Below are positions 33,216-44,008 of a DNA stretch of 64,000 nucleotides, piece by piece. Each line of letters starts with the position of its first letter. Positions within the stretch are counted from its first letter, which is position 1. The DNA is taken from positions 1,248,001-1,312,000 of the forward strand of contig OZ253496.1 in assembly GCA_965262115.1 (NCBI GenBank), in the 5' to 3' direction. The notes beneath the pieces are model-generated. The model did no database searches. It was given only the letters and a program-made list of their open reading frames with translations, and was not told the DNA's origin. This DNA comes from Nitrospinales bacterium. GTDB taxonomy: Bacteria > Nitrospinota > Nitrospinia > Nitrospinales > VA-1. A program made the position numbers and the translations under genes.

Positions 33216-33449
33216 TTACGCATCCTCATATTGTTTGATGAATTTTAAAAAGGATACATTCAAGGCACGACAGACCTCTTCAACCTCAACAAAGTCAAGG
33301 GTCTTCTCTCCAGATTCGTATTTACTAACGAAGGATTGTGGTCTTTCAAGTTTTTTTGCCAGATCAGTTTGGCGAATACCAGACTTTTCCCTGATATCAC
33401 GCAGAAGTTGCCTTAATTTGGCTCCCTTGATTTCTGTGTTGTTTCTCAT
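33216..33449 (-). CDS. XRE HTH regulator (probable R-M controller protein)
   Basis: QTDLAKKLERPQSFVSKYESGE; stops 2 nt before the endonuclease gene. Confidence 0.85.
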   Translation of the reverse strand: MRNNTEIKGAKLRQLLRDIREKSGIRQTDLAKKLERPQSFVSKYESGEKTLDFVEVEEVCRALNVSFLKFIKQYEDA

Positions 33450-33531
33450 GAGGGAGTTATATATCTGATTGCCAAATATCCCAAAATAGAATATAGTTAA
33501 ATAAAAACATAGCTGTTGTGAGGAAGAACAT

Positions 33532-34422
33532 TTGCCCATAATTCAACAATCGCTCTTTGATGAGATACCCCATGTTGACGTTCAACCATTCAGAACTCAG
33601 TTATTGAAATGGATTGGAAACAAACAAAGATTTGCCAATGAAATTGTGGGCGCATTTCCATTAGCGTACAACCGCTATTTTGAACCCTTTTTGGGTAGTG
33701 GTGGCGTTCTTGCTACCCTTGCGCCAAAAAATGCATTGGCATCAGATGCTTTTCCACCACTGATGGAAATTTGGTTAGCTCTAAAAAATAACCCAGAAAA
33801 ACTAAAGCAATGGTACGAAGAGAGGTGGAAAATTGCCCACGGAGAATCAAAAAGAGAAGGGTATGAAAGCATTAAGGCCTCGTTTAATAAACAACCAAAT
33901 GGTGCTGATTTCTTATTTCTATGCCGATCCTGCTACGGAGGGGTCGTAAGATTCCGAAAAGAAGATGGACACATGTCAACCCCGTGTGGAGTCCATGAGC
34001 CTATTAAACCATCTAGCTTTAAGCATCGGGTTGATTTGTGGCATTCGAGGTTAAAACACGCAGATTTTTGCTTGCTTGACTATAAATATGCCATGAACAA
34101 AGCGAAGGAAGGCGATTTGATTTATTGTGACCCTCCATATGTGCACAGTCAGGATATTATTTATGGTGGGCAAAATTTTAAACTTCAAGAGCTACTTGAA
34201 ACGATAAATGACTGTAAAGCGAGAGGAGTATTTGTTGTGCTTAGTATTGACGGGACAAAAAAATCTGGGGAATATTTATGCGACCTCCAAATTCCGGATG
34301 GTTTATTTGAGAAAGAAATATGCGTGAATGTTGGAAAATCCATGCTTAAAAGGTTTCAAATGGAAGGACAAATATTAGAAAGTGAAAACGTAACTGACAG
34401 ATTGTTATTGACTTACTCTTGA
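33532..34422 (+). CDS. Dam-family (D12 class) N6-adenine DNA methyltransferase
   Basis: LKWIGNK, YFEPFLGSG, YCDPPY. Confidence 0.93.
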   Translation: MPIIQQSLFDEIPHVDVQPFRTQLLKWIGNKQRFANEIVGAFPLAYNRYFEPFLGSGGVLATLAPKNALASDAFPPLMEIWLALKNNPEKLKQWYEERWKIAHGESKREGYESIKASFNKQPNGADFLFLCRSCYGGVVRFRKEDGHMSTPCGVHEPIKPSSFKHRVDLWHSRLKHADFCLLDYKYAMNKAKEGDLIYCDPPYVHSQDIIYGGQNFKLQELLETINDCKARGVFVVLSIDGTKKSGEYLCDLQIPDGLFEKEICVNVGKSMLKRFQMEGQILESENVTDRLLLTYS

Positions 34423-34483
34423 AAGGGCTTAAGCTCAAAACGACTCTATCCAGCCGAGACAGCTCTTTACTCGCCTATGAAAG

Positions 34484-35614
34484 TTATTGCTCATTGCCAC
34501 CGGTCGCTGGCCGGGAGGCGACAATTTCTAGTCCCACAAATTTTATCGACAAATTTTCTCCGGGAAACTGGCTGTAGGCGTCGGTTTCATCTTCATATTC
34601 GTGAAAATCAAAATGTGAAACGTCAAAACCGATTTTCCGGACATCCTGAATCAAGGTCTCGCAAAACTTCTCTTCTATCTCCACCAGTGTTTCAAAATAA
34701 CCGCGGGTCAGTTTGTTTCGGTACTCCAGGTCACCAGCACGTTTTAAAATCTGGTATTCCAGGTCAGTATCCAGAATCATCAGGAAGCCTCCCGGCTCCA
34801 GCGCTTCTGTAGCCCAACGCAGAAACTGCTGACGCTCTGTTCTTTGCAAATGATGCAGAAACTTGTTGGCGAGAATACAGCCATAGTGTTTACCGACCGG
34901 CCCGCCGGGAAAATCAACATTCAGGACTTCTATGTTCTCCTTGCCCGAAAGTTTTACAAAATGGGTCAGCCCTTTAATAATAAAAGGCATGTTGTCTGCC
35001 AGAATCAATCGGGGGAAGTCTTTCGGCCAGTCATGGATCAAGCGGAATCCCGCAAGCCCCGTCGCCACATCCATCAGCGGAGCTTTCAGGTCATGCGGCA
35101 CCCGTTCCATCGGATTGTCCCAAGGGAAGTTCTCGGTCTGGTGCAGATAAAAGCTGTAGCTTTCACTAAGCAGGGTGACCCATTCCGGATCATTATAAAG
35201 AATCGGGTCTTTTTTAATCAGGCTGACCAGTTCATAGAAAAGGCTGGAAAACTTTTCATCCACCTGCTCCAGCGGTTGAGATAAAGAAGTGCGGTCCTTG
35301 CGAAGGTTGATGTGGATGTGGTCAAGGTTTAGAAAAACTGCCGGGCGCTCATGCTGGACATATAACAAGTCTGCAAGATCGATCAATATTTCAGGATAAA
35401 CCATACAGAGAAACAGATTAAAAACTTCCTGGTTTTTCCTACCTGGCACGGTGTCCGGGAAGCCCAGCTTGCCATTCAAAAGCTTGAAAACGGTTTGCAC
35501 TCGATGTGCCAGTTCCGGGGACTTGGTATCCTCCAGTCCGAGAAACTTTCGCCCCACATCAGTGACCAGAGGAAGTTGGTCGGTGGATTTTATAAATATT
35601 GAAGGGGAAGACAT
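34484..35614 (-). CDS. Class I SAM-dependent methyltransferase-like protein
   Basis: MDVATGLAG, FLHHL, LEPGG motifs in the C-terminal half. Confidence 0.7.
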   Translation of the reverse strand: MSSPSIFIKSTDQLPLVTDVGRKFLGLEDTKSPELAHRVQTVFKLLNGKLGFPDTVPGRKNQEVFNLFLCMVYPEILIDLADLLYVQHERPAVFLNLDHIHINLRKDRTSLSQPLEQVDEKFSSLFYELVSLIKKDPILYNDPEWVTLLSESYSFYLHQTENFPWDNPMERVPHDLKAPLMDVATGLAGFRLIHDWPKDFPRLILADNMPFIIKGLTHFVKLSGKENIEVLNVDFPGGPVGKHYGCILANKFLHHLQRTERQQFLRWATEALEPGGFLMILDTDLEYQILKRAGDLEYRNKLTRGYFETLVEIEEKFCETLIQDVRKIGFDVSHFDFHEYEDETDAYSQFPGENLSIKFVGLEIVASRPATGGNEQ

Positions 35615-35655
35615 ATAAAAGGTGCCTGAATAATTCGATATTTTATTTTGAGCAG

Positions 35656-36068
35656 GCGGAGTACCTCCGCGGGTAACTGGCAATGGTTTTTTTACCCCTA
35701 CGGGGCACGAAAACTGAGGAAATACCCGTGCCGGGCATGAAGGCTAATGTTGGGGATATTACAAATATCACGACTGCTAGCAACGACATCCTCGGCCTAA
35801 AAGGCTGCTGCCCCATTCCCCACCGGGCGTGGGCGGAGTACCTCCGCTGGCGAGTTGCACTATCCTCACCTTATGGGCAAACGCTCTCTCGGCCCAACGA
35901 GCTATAGCTATCGGCCTCCCTCGTAGAGGGCAGATTACCTCTGCGGGTAACTAGCAATGGTTTTTTTACCCCTACGGGGCACGAAAACTGAGGAAGAATA
36001 TCACGACTGCTAGCAACCGTTCCTCTCGGCTCAACGGGTTCTTGCTCATTGCCTCCACGGCTAGTGAG
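35656..36068 (+). repeat. Three tandem variant copies of the modular repeat unit
   Basis: GCRGA-NTAC-CTCYGC hairpins at 35656, 35832, 35930; TTTACCCCTACGGGGCACGAAAACTGAGGA at 35691 and 35965; CCAC-N5-GTG hairpins at ~35820 and ~36055. Confidence 0.88.
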
Positions 36069-36071
36069 GGT

Positions 36072-36503
36072 TCAGGGCCAATTCCACCCTGCCCGTCCGA
36101 GTAAATAAAACGTGACCAGAAGGCAAGGCAGCAAATACGGCACCGCCTGAAAGGTGCTTACGCCCATCAGGGAATAAGCCGAAAATATGGATCGGGCTCC
36201 ATAAATAACAGCCAGAACCTGGGCCAGTCTTTTCTTTCCTTTCAGCAGGTAATAGGTCAGCACACCCATAAGAAGTAAAAAAGCGACCAGTGAAAGGACC
36301 GCCGACAACCCCAGGTTGAAGGGGGGAATAAACATCATGGCGATAGCAAGATAAGCTACATTCAAGACAAGAAACCCATATCCGGCCTGGGTGAACTTCC
36401 GGGTTCTGTCTTCAAGATTTTTTAGCGGAGAACCTCCGCTCACAACCACTCCTCCTGGCATAACAGGTTCTTGCCCGGTGGATTGAAAGTCTTCGTTTTC
36501 CAT
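36072..36503 (-). CDS. Four-TM membrane protein
   Basis: Four hydrophobic segments. Confidence 0.75.
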   Translation of the reverse strand: MENEDFQSTGQEPVMPGGVVVSGGSPLKNLEDRTRKFTQAGYGFLVLNVAYLAIAMMFIPPFNLGLSAVLSLVAFLLLMGVLTYYLLKGKKRLAQVLAVIYGARSIFSAYSLMGVSTFQAVPYLLPCLLVTFYLLGRAGWNWP

Positions 36504-36619
36504 TTTCAATGTAAGATAAAAGGGAGCAACCACCTCGGCAGTTGCAGATTCATTGACGGTATGTTATCCCTGCTCTCAGTCTATCACTAAACTATTGCCA
36601 ACTGCCTTCTCTAAAAAAC

Positions 36620-37819
36620 ATGCTTCCTGTCGACAAACAACTTCAAACCATTGGCAGAGGCACCTCGGAGATCATCGACGAAAAGGATCTCGCCAAACTG
36701 CTGGCCTCTGGGAAACCCATCAAGGTGAAAGCCGGGTTTGATCCCACGGCTCCCGACCTGCATCTTGGGCATACAGTTCTTCTGCACAAGATGAGGCAGT
36801 TTCAGGAATTGGGCCACGAAGTCATATTTTTGATCGGTGACTTTACCGGGATGATCGGCGACCCGACCGGCCGTTCTGAGACCCGTAAAAACCTGACACC
36901 TCAGGAAGTCCAGGAAAACGCAAAAACTTATCTCGCGCAAGTATATAAAATCCTGGACCCTAAAAAAACCACAGTGGCCTATAACAGCGAATGGATGAAC
37001 AAGTTCACCTCGGTGAACATGATCGAATTGGCGGCGCATTATACCGTTGCCCGAATGCTGGAACGCGATGACTTTCAAAAACGTCTCGCTAAAAATCTAC
37101 CGGTTTCGATTCACGAGTTGATGTATCCCCTGATCCAGGGCTACGACTCGGTGGCTTTGAAAGCTGATGTGGAATTGGGCGGCACCGACCAGAAATTCAA
37201 CCTCCTTGTTGGCCGGGACCTCCAGCGGGCCTACGGGCAAAAACCTCAGGTTGTTCTCACCATGCCTCTTCTGGAAGGAACCAATGGGGTTCAAAAAATG
37301 AGCAAGAGCCTGGGCAACAGCATCGGCGTCTTCGATCCCCCGAACGAGATGTTCGGAAAAATCATGTCCATCTCGGATGAATTGATGTGGCGTTACTACG
37401 AGTTGTTAAGCCAGGTCAGCGCTCAGGAACTGGAAGGCATGCAGAAAGAGGCCGAGTCGGGAACCCTGAACCCCAAAAACGCCAAGATGAATCTGGCAAA
37501 AGAAATCGTCGCGCGATACCATTCTCCCGAACTCGCGGAAACGGCCTTGGCTGAATTTGAAAATGTATTCAAGAAAAAGAACCTGCCCGAGGACATCCCG
37601 GTAGCAAAAGGTTGGGGGGAGGAGTTGCGAGGTATTTGCAATATCCTAAAAGACCACAAAATAACCGACAGCACTTCAGCAGCTCGCCGTCTGATCCAGC
37701 AGGGGTCTGTAACGGTAAATGGAGAAAAAATTTCCGACGTCAATCAGGAACTGCCTGGGAACAAAGAATATCTCATCAAAGTCGGCAAGAAACGGTTCCT
37801 GAAAATTCAACCTGGATGA
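36620..37819 (+). CDS. tyrS: Tyrosine--tRNA ligase
   Basis: [31 protein letters not shown]4-like C-terminus. Confidence 0.98.
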   Translation: MLPVDKQLQTIGRGTSEIIDEKDLAKLLASGKPIKVKAGFDPTAPDLHLGHTVLLHKMRQFQELGHEVIFLIGDFTGMIGDPTGRSETRKNLTPQEVQENAKTYLAQVYKILDPKKTTVAYNSEWMNKFTSVNMIELAAHYTVARMLERDDFQKRLAKNLPVSIHELMYPLIQGYDSVALKADVELGGTDQKFNLLVGRDLQRAYGQKPQVVLTMPLLEGTNGVQKMSKSLGNSIGVFDPPNEMFGKIMSISDELMWRYYELLSQVSAQELEGMQKEAESGTLNPKNAKMNLAKEIVARYHSPELAETALAEFENVFKKKNLPEDIPVAKGWGEELRGICNILKDHKITDSTSAARRLIQQGSVTVNGEKISDVNQELPGNKEYLIKVGKKRFLKIQPG

Positions 37820-38847
37820 TGAGAACGTTTGAACCGAATCGGGTCGCCGATTTCCATACCCCTCTCGCTTTTCACAATGATCGCCGTCGCAGTTTTCTTT
37901 TGCGTGTCGATGACCTTTATCTCTCCATGTACGAACGGTAGCATAGGTGTCTTCTTCGGATTTAACCTGTACCAGATATCTTCCTCAACTTGAGGAATGG
38001 TATAAACCTCAAAATGATCGCCGGGCCGCACCTGGTCATCCCAGCCTTTGTCGATGTATATAATGTCATCATACTTGATACCTATCACGTCGCCCCTGGA
38101 CGCAATAACATAACCCTCGATGGATTTGTCTGTCTGTGGGAACGCGGAAGTCTGGTCTTCAAATTTTTTATAGGGCATGAGCAGGTGCCCGACCCTAATA
38201 CTGTCATACGCTTTCACCACGCGGGCATAAGAAACCTTGTCGCCCGGCTCTGTAATTTCAAGCACTCCACGAATCATGACCCGATGTCCTACAGGTTTTC
38301 CAGGATGAGGCACAAGCCTGGTTACAAAGCCGTTTCGCCGCGTATGCTCTTCCAGTTTCTCAAACCCGTGCCCTGGTAGCACGGGGTGATAGATATAACG
38401 GTCCAGCGTATAGACCGTGAACCGGTCGCCTTTTTCTACTCCCTGGCGCTTACCGATATCCACAAAGACCAAGTCGGGTTCAAGCGCTGCCAGCTTCAAT
38501 TCAAACAGTTTTGTAACGGTGCCCACCGGAGTCGAGTCCGGCACAATAAATCCGGCACTAGCATATTTTCTTTCTGCCGTAATTTGTTTTTGGGCATAAT
38601 ATTCGGGGCTCTTCTCTTTGGAGTGGCTTTTGAAATTGGCATAATGGCCGGTGTTTGCCATCTCTGTATTTCCATTTTCCAGAAGCATACCTTTTTTGGA
38701 GGGAAGAATCTCCATACTCGGAGTGACCCCGGCCACTTCATTTTCAAAAGTGATCTTTAAACCATTTCCCCATGCCGACTGGGCCACAAACGCACCCGCA
38801 TACAAAATCGAAATAAGCAAAAACCCCAATGAAATTAGCGTCTTCAT
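37807..38847 (-). CDS. Exported beta-rich hypothetical protein with two FlgT-C-like repeats
   Basis: Signal peptide; [20 protein letters not shown] and [20 protein letters not shown]. Confidence 0.7.
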   Translation of the reverse strand: MKTLISLGFLLISILYAGAFVAQSAWGNGLKITFENEVAGVTPSMEILPSKKGMLLENGNTEMANTGHYANFKSHSKEKSPEYYAQKQITAERKYASAGFIVPDSTPVGTVTKLFELKLAALEPDLVFVDIGKRQGVEKGDRFTVYTLDRYIYHPVLPGHGFEKLEEHTRRNGFVTRLVPHPGKPVGHRVMIRGVLEITEPGDKVSYARVVKAYDSIRVGHLLMPYKKFEDQTSAFPQTDKSIEGYVIASRGDVIGIKYDDIIYIDKGWDDQVRPGDHFEVYTIPQVEEDIWYRLNPKKTPMLPFVHGEIKVIDTQKKTATAIIVKSERGMEIGDPIRFKRSHHPG

Positions 38848-39029
38848 AAAATAACCCCATCAAAAGTTAGACCGAAGCAAAGACCCGGTATACGCAAAAG
38901 CCTTTAGCCATAAGGATGCCTCCACCCGCATTACCCACCCGGTTCGAGCAATCAGAAATCAAGTTACTAGTTGAATATAAATATGTTACACCATTTTATG
39001 CCAAAATCTCAGGTTTTTTTAGGTGAACC

Positions 39030-39505
39030 TCGCTAAAAGCGGAGAGAGCCTCCACTGGCGCGATATTCTTCCTCATCTGTGAAGTCCTCTTCCTCAAACT
39101 TCAGCCCGAGCATGGGCCCCCACCAATCGAGCCCTTACTATCTGCCTCCCACGGAAGGAGACCTTTGCATAAGTCGAAAAAAACAGAAAAGCGAGATTAC
39201 CCGTTCTGGGCACGAAAGCTTAAGTGAAACATCACGTCTTCACTGCGTTAAGAATGACAATTACCCTCTCCTGTCATCGCGAGCGACTGGAAAGGAGCGT
39301 GGCGATCCAGGTTCTGGATTGCTTCACTACGTTCGCAATGACGATACAAGGCTGTTTTGTCATTCTGAGGAAAAGGTGACGAAGACGTGAGATTTTTCCT
39401 TAACCTTCGTGAGCCTGTGATATCCCCTCCGCTAAATTCATGCCCGGAACGGGTAGAAGGGGTAATCCCAGGTTATGCAAAGCTCTCCCACGGAAGTGGA
39501 GAGAT
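39030..39505. repeat. Mosaic cluster of palindromic repeats
   Basis: TACCCGTTCTGGGCA 39198-39212; GTCATCGCGAGC...GCAATGAC family ~39236-39390; 39401-39456 nearly duplicates 16348-16403. Confidence 0.8.
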
Positions 39506-39525
39506 TAGCCCGTAGGGATTATCCC

Positions 39526-39554
39526 TTGACATGGGCTCTCGCCGGTGAAATAAT
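39526..39554 (+). promoter_or_regulatory. Candidate sigma-70 promoter for the rpmH operon
   Basis: TTGACA-17 nt-AATAAT. Confidence 0.5.
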
Positions 39555-39676
39555 CCTCCAAACCTTCCCGTATTACCCCCGGTCCCGTATTACCCCCGGT
39601 TGTCTAAGCATCTGATTAGGTGAGAGTAAGGCGGGATTTTTTGCATTTTGCAGGATTATTTTTTTAGGATAGCTTT

Positions 39677-39811
39677 ATGAAAAGGACTTTTCAACCCAGT
39701 AATATTAAACGAAAACGTGTGCACGGTTTCCGCAAACGAAGTTCTACCGTTGGCGGAAGACGCGTGTTGGCAAACCGCAGGCGCAAAGGCAGAAAACGCT
39801 TGACGGTCTAA
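39677..39811 (+). CDS. rpmH: 50S ribosomal protein L34 (not in the ORF track, 44 aa)
   Basis: [44 protein letters not shown]. Confidence 0.98.
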   Translation: MKRTFQPSNIKRKRVHGFRKRSSTVGGRRVLANRRRKGRKRLTV

Positions 39812-39849
39812 ATTTTGGCGGCAAAGAGGTATGATGGGCCATGTTCGTC

Positions 39850-40068
39850 GGCCCCACGCCGAGTGGGTGGAGAACCTCCGCTGGTAATGAACAATCTCTT
39901 TATTTTGCGGACGAAGAGTTTTGGTCGCTTGACGGGCCATTGCTCTCTGGCTCCACGCCGAGTGGGCGGAGAACCTCCGCTGGTAATGAACAATCTCTTT
40001 ATTTTGCGGACAAAGAGTTTTGGTCGCTTGACGGGCCATTGCTCTCTGGCTCCACGCCGAGTGGGTGG
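39850..40068 (+). repeat. 99-bp tandem repeat (2.2 copies) between rpmH and rnpA
   Basis: Near-identical units start at 39850, 39949 and 40048. Confidence 0.95.
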
Positions 40069-40413
40069 ATGAAAAATTTCTCTTTCAAAAAAAAAGAACG
40101 ACTGGCCAAACGGCCCGAGTTTGACAAGGTCATGGCGGAAGGGGGGAAAAAGCGGGTGGGGAAATTATGCATTATCTTTTCCCTCCCAAATAAATTGGGC
40201 AGAAAGAGGCTGGGAATCATCGCCTCGAAAAAGGTCGGAAACGCAGTGGCCCGAAACCGGGTGAAACGAAGAATCAGGGAAACTTTTCGCCAAATCAAAC
40301 ACCGCATAAAGCCCACTTTGGATATCGTTGTTATATCAGGGAAGGACATGGTCACACTTCCCTACCAAGTGATTGAAAAAGAACTTTCAAACGCCCTTCT
40401 AACTGAAAGGTGA
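40069..40413 (+). CDS. rnpA: Ribonuclease P protein component
   Basis: RLGIIASKKVGNAVARNRVKRRIRE; the track's longer ORF reads through the repeat. Confidence 0.95.
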   Translation: MKNFSFKKKERLAKRPEFDKVMAEGGKKRVGKLCIIFSLPNKLGRKRLGIIASKKVGNAVARNRVKRRIRETFRQIKHRIKPTLDIVVISGKDMVTLPYQVIEKELSNALLTER

Positions 40414-40453
40414 ATTCCTAAACCGGATCAAATGCTAGAGTCATCCGACCTCC

Positions 40454-40666
40454 ATGTTAAACCAGATATTCCTTAAATTAGTACGCGTTTATCAACGGTG
40501 GATTTCTCCCCTGTTTTTTCCGGCTTGCCGGTTTTATCCCAGTTGCTCAGAATATGCCGCCCAGGCTTTAAAGCGCTACTCCCTGGTTAAAGCAGCAGGA
40601 CTGATCCTCAACAGACTTTTAAAATGCCACCCCTATCACGACGGTGGGGCTGACCCGTTAAAATAG
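40454..40666 (+). CDS. yidD: Membrane protein insertion efficiency factor
   Basis: YQRWISP, CRFYPSCSEY, CHPYHDGGADP. Confidence 0.95.
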   Translation: MLNQIFLKLVRVYQRWISPLFFPACRFYPSCSEYAAQALKRYSLVKAAGLILNRLLKCHPYHDGGADPLK

Positions 40667-40696
40667 GGCTGAACAGCCTGGAATCGGAGATTCGAC

Positions 40697-42325
40697 TTGG
40701 AAAACAGATTATTGCTCGCCTTTGTTTTGTCCTTGGCGGTGTTTGTAGGATGGGGCTATTTCCTGGCGCAAATGCAGGGTCCATTGCCGGTACAAGAATC
40801 GGGCATTGAGACTCCCGGCCAAGAAACTCGGGCTCTTCCGCCCACAGGTTCGGCTCCAGTGGCTCCCCAGTCGCAATTATCACAACCTTTAGCTCCGGCC
40901 CCCGTTCCTGTCAATCCTTTCCCTGGAAAAGAAGTTCTCATCCAGGTCTCTGCCGGGGAAACCCACTTCATCATCAGCAATCGCGGCGGAGTGCTGAAAC
41001 AACTGCAATTGCCGCGCTTTAAAAATGATGCCGGCGACATTATCGACTTGATCGACAACCCCGATCACCTGACATCCGCTCTGGCTCTTCAGGCCAACGA
41101 CCCCGAGGTCACGGCGATTTTGCAGTACGCACACTATGAGCCTTCGACAACTTCTATTGTTCTGGACGAAAACAATCCGGAAGGACGGCTGACCCTGACT
41201 CTGAATCACTCGTCCGGATTACAGGTCACCCGCAACTACACGTTCCACTTCGAAGATTACATGGTTGAAATGAGTACGCAGATTAACGCAGCGTCAATGG
41301 CAAACAGGAATCTGCAATACCAAGTGGTGTTGGGGCCCGGAATGGGCGGAAAAATATCTTCACAAACCGATTACATCGTCTTTTCCGGCGCAACCGTATT
41401 CAACAATAATGAGAGGATCGAAAACCCGCCTGAAGATATCCACGACACTTCTTATTTCAAAGGAGACCTGAAGTGGGTGGCTTTCCAGAACAAATATTTC
41501 GGGTCTGCCCTCATTCCCCAACAAGGCACCAAGGCCGGACTGGTGTTCAAAGAAAAAGATCAGGCCTTTGTCGGGCTGGAATTTGAATCCGTTCAATCCT
41601 CCGCCAACGCTCAACATTTATTTTATGCCGGCACCAAGGAACTGGAAACCCTCGAAGAAAAAGGCCACCACTTGGTGAGGATGATCGACTACGGCTGGTT
41701 CGGAAACAAATTCGCCTTCCTGGTCAAACCGCTTCTCAAGGTTCTGGCGTTCTTCTATGGGCTCACTGGCAACTACGGCTGGTCAATCATCTTCCTGACT
41801 ATCATCATTAAAACGCTGTTTTTCCCGCTGACCCATAAAAGCTTCAAGTCCATGAAGGGGATGCAGAAAGTTCAGCCTTATGTAAAAATCATCCAGGAAA
41901 GAAATAAAGATGACCGGCAGAAAATGAATGAAGAACTGCTGGAACTGTACAAAAAACACAAAGTGAATCCGGTTGGCGGTTGTCTGCCCATGCTGCTGCA
42001 GATTCCCGTATTCATCGCCCTCTACCACGCGCTGTTCTTTTCCATCGAGCTTCGCGGCGCCCCGTTCATCGGCTGGATCACCGACCTTTCCGTCGCCGAC
42101 CCCTACTACGTTTATCCCGTACTCATGGGTGCCACTATGTTCGTGCAACAAAAACTGACCCCATCGATGGGCGACCCCATGCAACAGAAAATCATGATGT
42201 TCCTCCCCATCGTGTTCACCTTCCTGTTCCTTTCGTTTCCGTCCGGACTCGTCATCTACTGGACCGTCAACAATATCCTGACCATCTCCCAGCAATACTA
42301 CATCTACCACGTCCAGAAAGACTAG
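40697..42325 (+). CDS. yidC: Membrane protein insertase
   Basis: DYGWF, GNYGWSII, NPVGGCLPMLLQIP, PSGLVIYW. Confidence 0.97.
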   Translation: MENRLLLAFVLSLAVFVGWGYFLAQMQGPLPVQESGIETPGQETRALPPTGSAPVAPQSQLSQPLAPAPVPVNPFPGKEVLIQVSAGETHFIISNRGGVLKQLQLPRFKNDAGDIIDLIDNPDHLTSALALQANDPEVTAILQYAHYEPSTTSIVLDENNPEGRLTLTLNHSSGLQVTRNYTFHFEDYMVEMSTQINAASMANRNLQYQVVLGPGMGGKISSQTDYIVFSGATVFNNNERIENPPEDIHDTSYFKGDLKWVAFQNKYFGSALIPQQGTKAGLVFKEKDQAFVGLEFESVQSSANAQHLFYAGTKELETLEEKGHHLVRMIDYGWFGNKFAFLVKPLLKVLAFFYGLTGNYGWSIIFLTIIIKTLFFPLTHKSFKSMKGMQKVQPYVKIIQERNKDDRQKMNEELLELYKKHKVNPVGGCLPMLLQIPVFIALYHALFFSIELRGAPFIGWITDLSVADPYYVYPVLMGATMFVQQKLTPSMGDPMQQKIMMFLPIVFTFLFLSFPSGLVIYWTVNNILTISQQYYIYHVQKD

Positions 42326-42371
42326 CCACTCGGCGTGGGGCCAGTGTTTAAACCTCTCCCTGAGAAGGGAG
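42326..42371 (+). repeat. Dispersed repeat abutting the yidC stop codon
   Basis: CCACTCGGCGTGGGGCCAGTGTTTAAACCTC matches the reverse complement of 19531-19561. Confidence 0.88.
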
Positions 42372-42418
42372 ATTGAGGGGGTTGCTTTTTCTACCTGAAA
42401 GAAGGACGATAGTTCGCT

Positions 42419-43795
42419 ATGAACGACACCATTACAGCTATCGCCACCCCGCCCGGCGAAGGGGGCATCGGCATCATCCGCATAAGCGGAAAGGACGCTC
42501 TGGCCATCGCCCTGCAACTTTTTCATCCCGCATCCGGTGAGAAGATAAAGGAGCTTGCTCCTCAAAAGGTTTTGTTCGGTGAGGTGCGCGATCCCGAATC
42601 TAAGCAGTGCATCGATCAGGTTCTTCTCACTTTTTTTAAAGGACCAAAAAGTTATACTGCCGAAGATGTCATCGAGATCAGCGCCCACGGTGGGACATGG
42701 ATCACCTCACGAATCCTCGAACTAATTTTGGGGCAAGGGGCGCGGCTGGCAGAACCGGGGGAATTCACCCGCCGCGCTTTCACCAACGGCAAGCTCGACC
42801 TAACCCAGGCCGAAGCCGTCGCTGATGTCATCGACTCCGCTTCCGACAAAGCTTTAAGTTCCGCACTAGCACAACTCAAAGGCGGACTCTCCCGCAGACT
42901 CAACACCCTGCACGAAACCCTGCTCAACGCCCAGGCTCAACTGGAAGCGGCAATAGATTTTTCAGAAGACGGCCTCACCTTCCAGTCGCGGGAAGCCACA
43001 CAAAACCAAATTCAACAAGTTGAAAAAGATTTAAGGAAACTGGTTCGCTCTTTTCGACAGGGACGGATTGTTCGGGAAGGAATGCGTGTTGCCCTGGTCG
43101 GCAAACCCAATGTCGGGAAATCCAGCCTGCTCAACGCGCTTTTGCGGGAAGATCGCGCCATCGTCACTGCCTACGCGGGAACCACCCGCGACACCCTCGA
43201 AGAACGAGCCCGCATCAAAGACATCCATATCATTATCATCGACTCCGCCGGACTGCGCGACAACCCGGAAGTGATCGAAGAAGCAGGCATTGAAAGAACC
43301 CGTCTGGCTCTGGAAAAAGCCGACCTCGTACTGGTTGTGTTCGACCAATCCGAGCCCCTTGACGATAACGACGAACTACTGATGAACGAAGTGGGAGAAA
43401 AACCCCGGCTGGTGTTGCTCAACAAATCCGATCTGCCTTCCTCCTGGCCACCGGATCAACTCAATAACTTTCTCGCAGAAGAAAAACCGATTGCTCTATC
43501 CGCCAAAACTCTTGAAGGATTCGATTCTTTAGAAGAAGCGCTCTACCAGAAAGCTATAGGTGGAGAACGAACCGGTGAATCCGTCATCATCACCCGCGAA
43601 CGCCATCGCGACCACCTGCAACAAGCCGCCGAAGCTCTGCAAAAAGCCAGCGAAAGTCTCACCGACAATCTCTCCGAAGAACTCATAGCAGTAGACGTTA
43701 CTCTGGCGATGGAACATCTGGGTGCCGTGCTCGGTAAAACTTTTGAAGAAGACCTGCTGGACAAAATCTTCGGCCAGTTCTGCATCGGCAAATAA
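42419..43795 (+). CDS. mnmE: tRNA modification GTPase
   Basis: TITAIAT, GKPNVGKSSLLN, GTTRD, C-terminal FCIGK. Confidence 0.98.
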   Translation: MNDTITAIATPPGEGGIGIIRISGKDALAIALQLFHPASGEKIKELAPQKVLFGEVRDPESKQCIDQVLLTFFKGPKSYTAEDVIEISAHGGTWITSRILELILGQGARLAEPGEFTRRAFTNGKLDLTQAEAVADVIDSASDKALSSALAQLKGGLSRRLNTLHETLLNAQAQLEAAIDFSEDGLTFQSREATQNQIQQVEKDLRKLVRSFRQGRIVREGMRVALVGKPNVGKSSLLNALLREDRAIVTAYAGTTRDTLEERARIKDIHIIIIDSAGLRDNPEVIEEAGIERTRLALEKADLVLVVFDQSEPLDDNDELLMNEVGEKPRLVLLNKSDLPSSWPPDQLNNFLAEEKPIALSAKTLEGFDSLEEALYQKAIGGERTGESVIITRERHRDHLQQAAEALQKASESLTDNLSEELIAVDVTLAMEHLGAVLGKTFEEDLLDKIFGQFCIGK

Positions 43796-44008
43796 CTGCC
43801 CACTAGGAGTGGGGCCAGCTAACAAAGGTTTATGTAATGGAATTAACGTGTAGCAATATTGGATTGAGCCCTTAACCTCTTTTTACTTTATACTGTATAT
43901 TAACAATTGGAATGGAAATTTAAAAGAATTTAAACTTGACAAATCAACCATTAAAGATGACTATAAGTATCTATAATGATCTATCTAAATAGAAGCAAGT
44001 AATATTAT

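Noticed and set aside
35656..36068. Integron attC cassette array
   Set aside because: No ORFs between the units, no consistent RYYYAAC/GTTRRRY ends and no integron integrase in the window
39850..40068. CRISPR array
   Set aside because: The whole 99-bp unit is duplicated with no unique spacers, and there are no cas genes; it is a tandem copy of the dispersed repeat
39841..40068. N-terminally extended RnpA (190 aa) and antisense ORFs at 39656-40039
   Set aside because: Artefacts of a 99-bp (33-codon) repeat with an open frame
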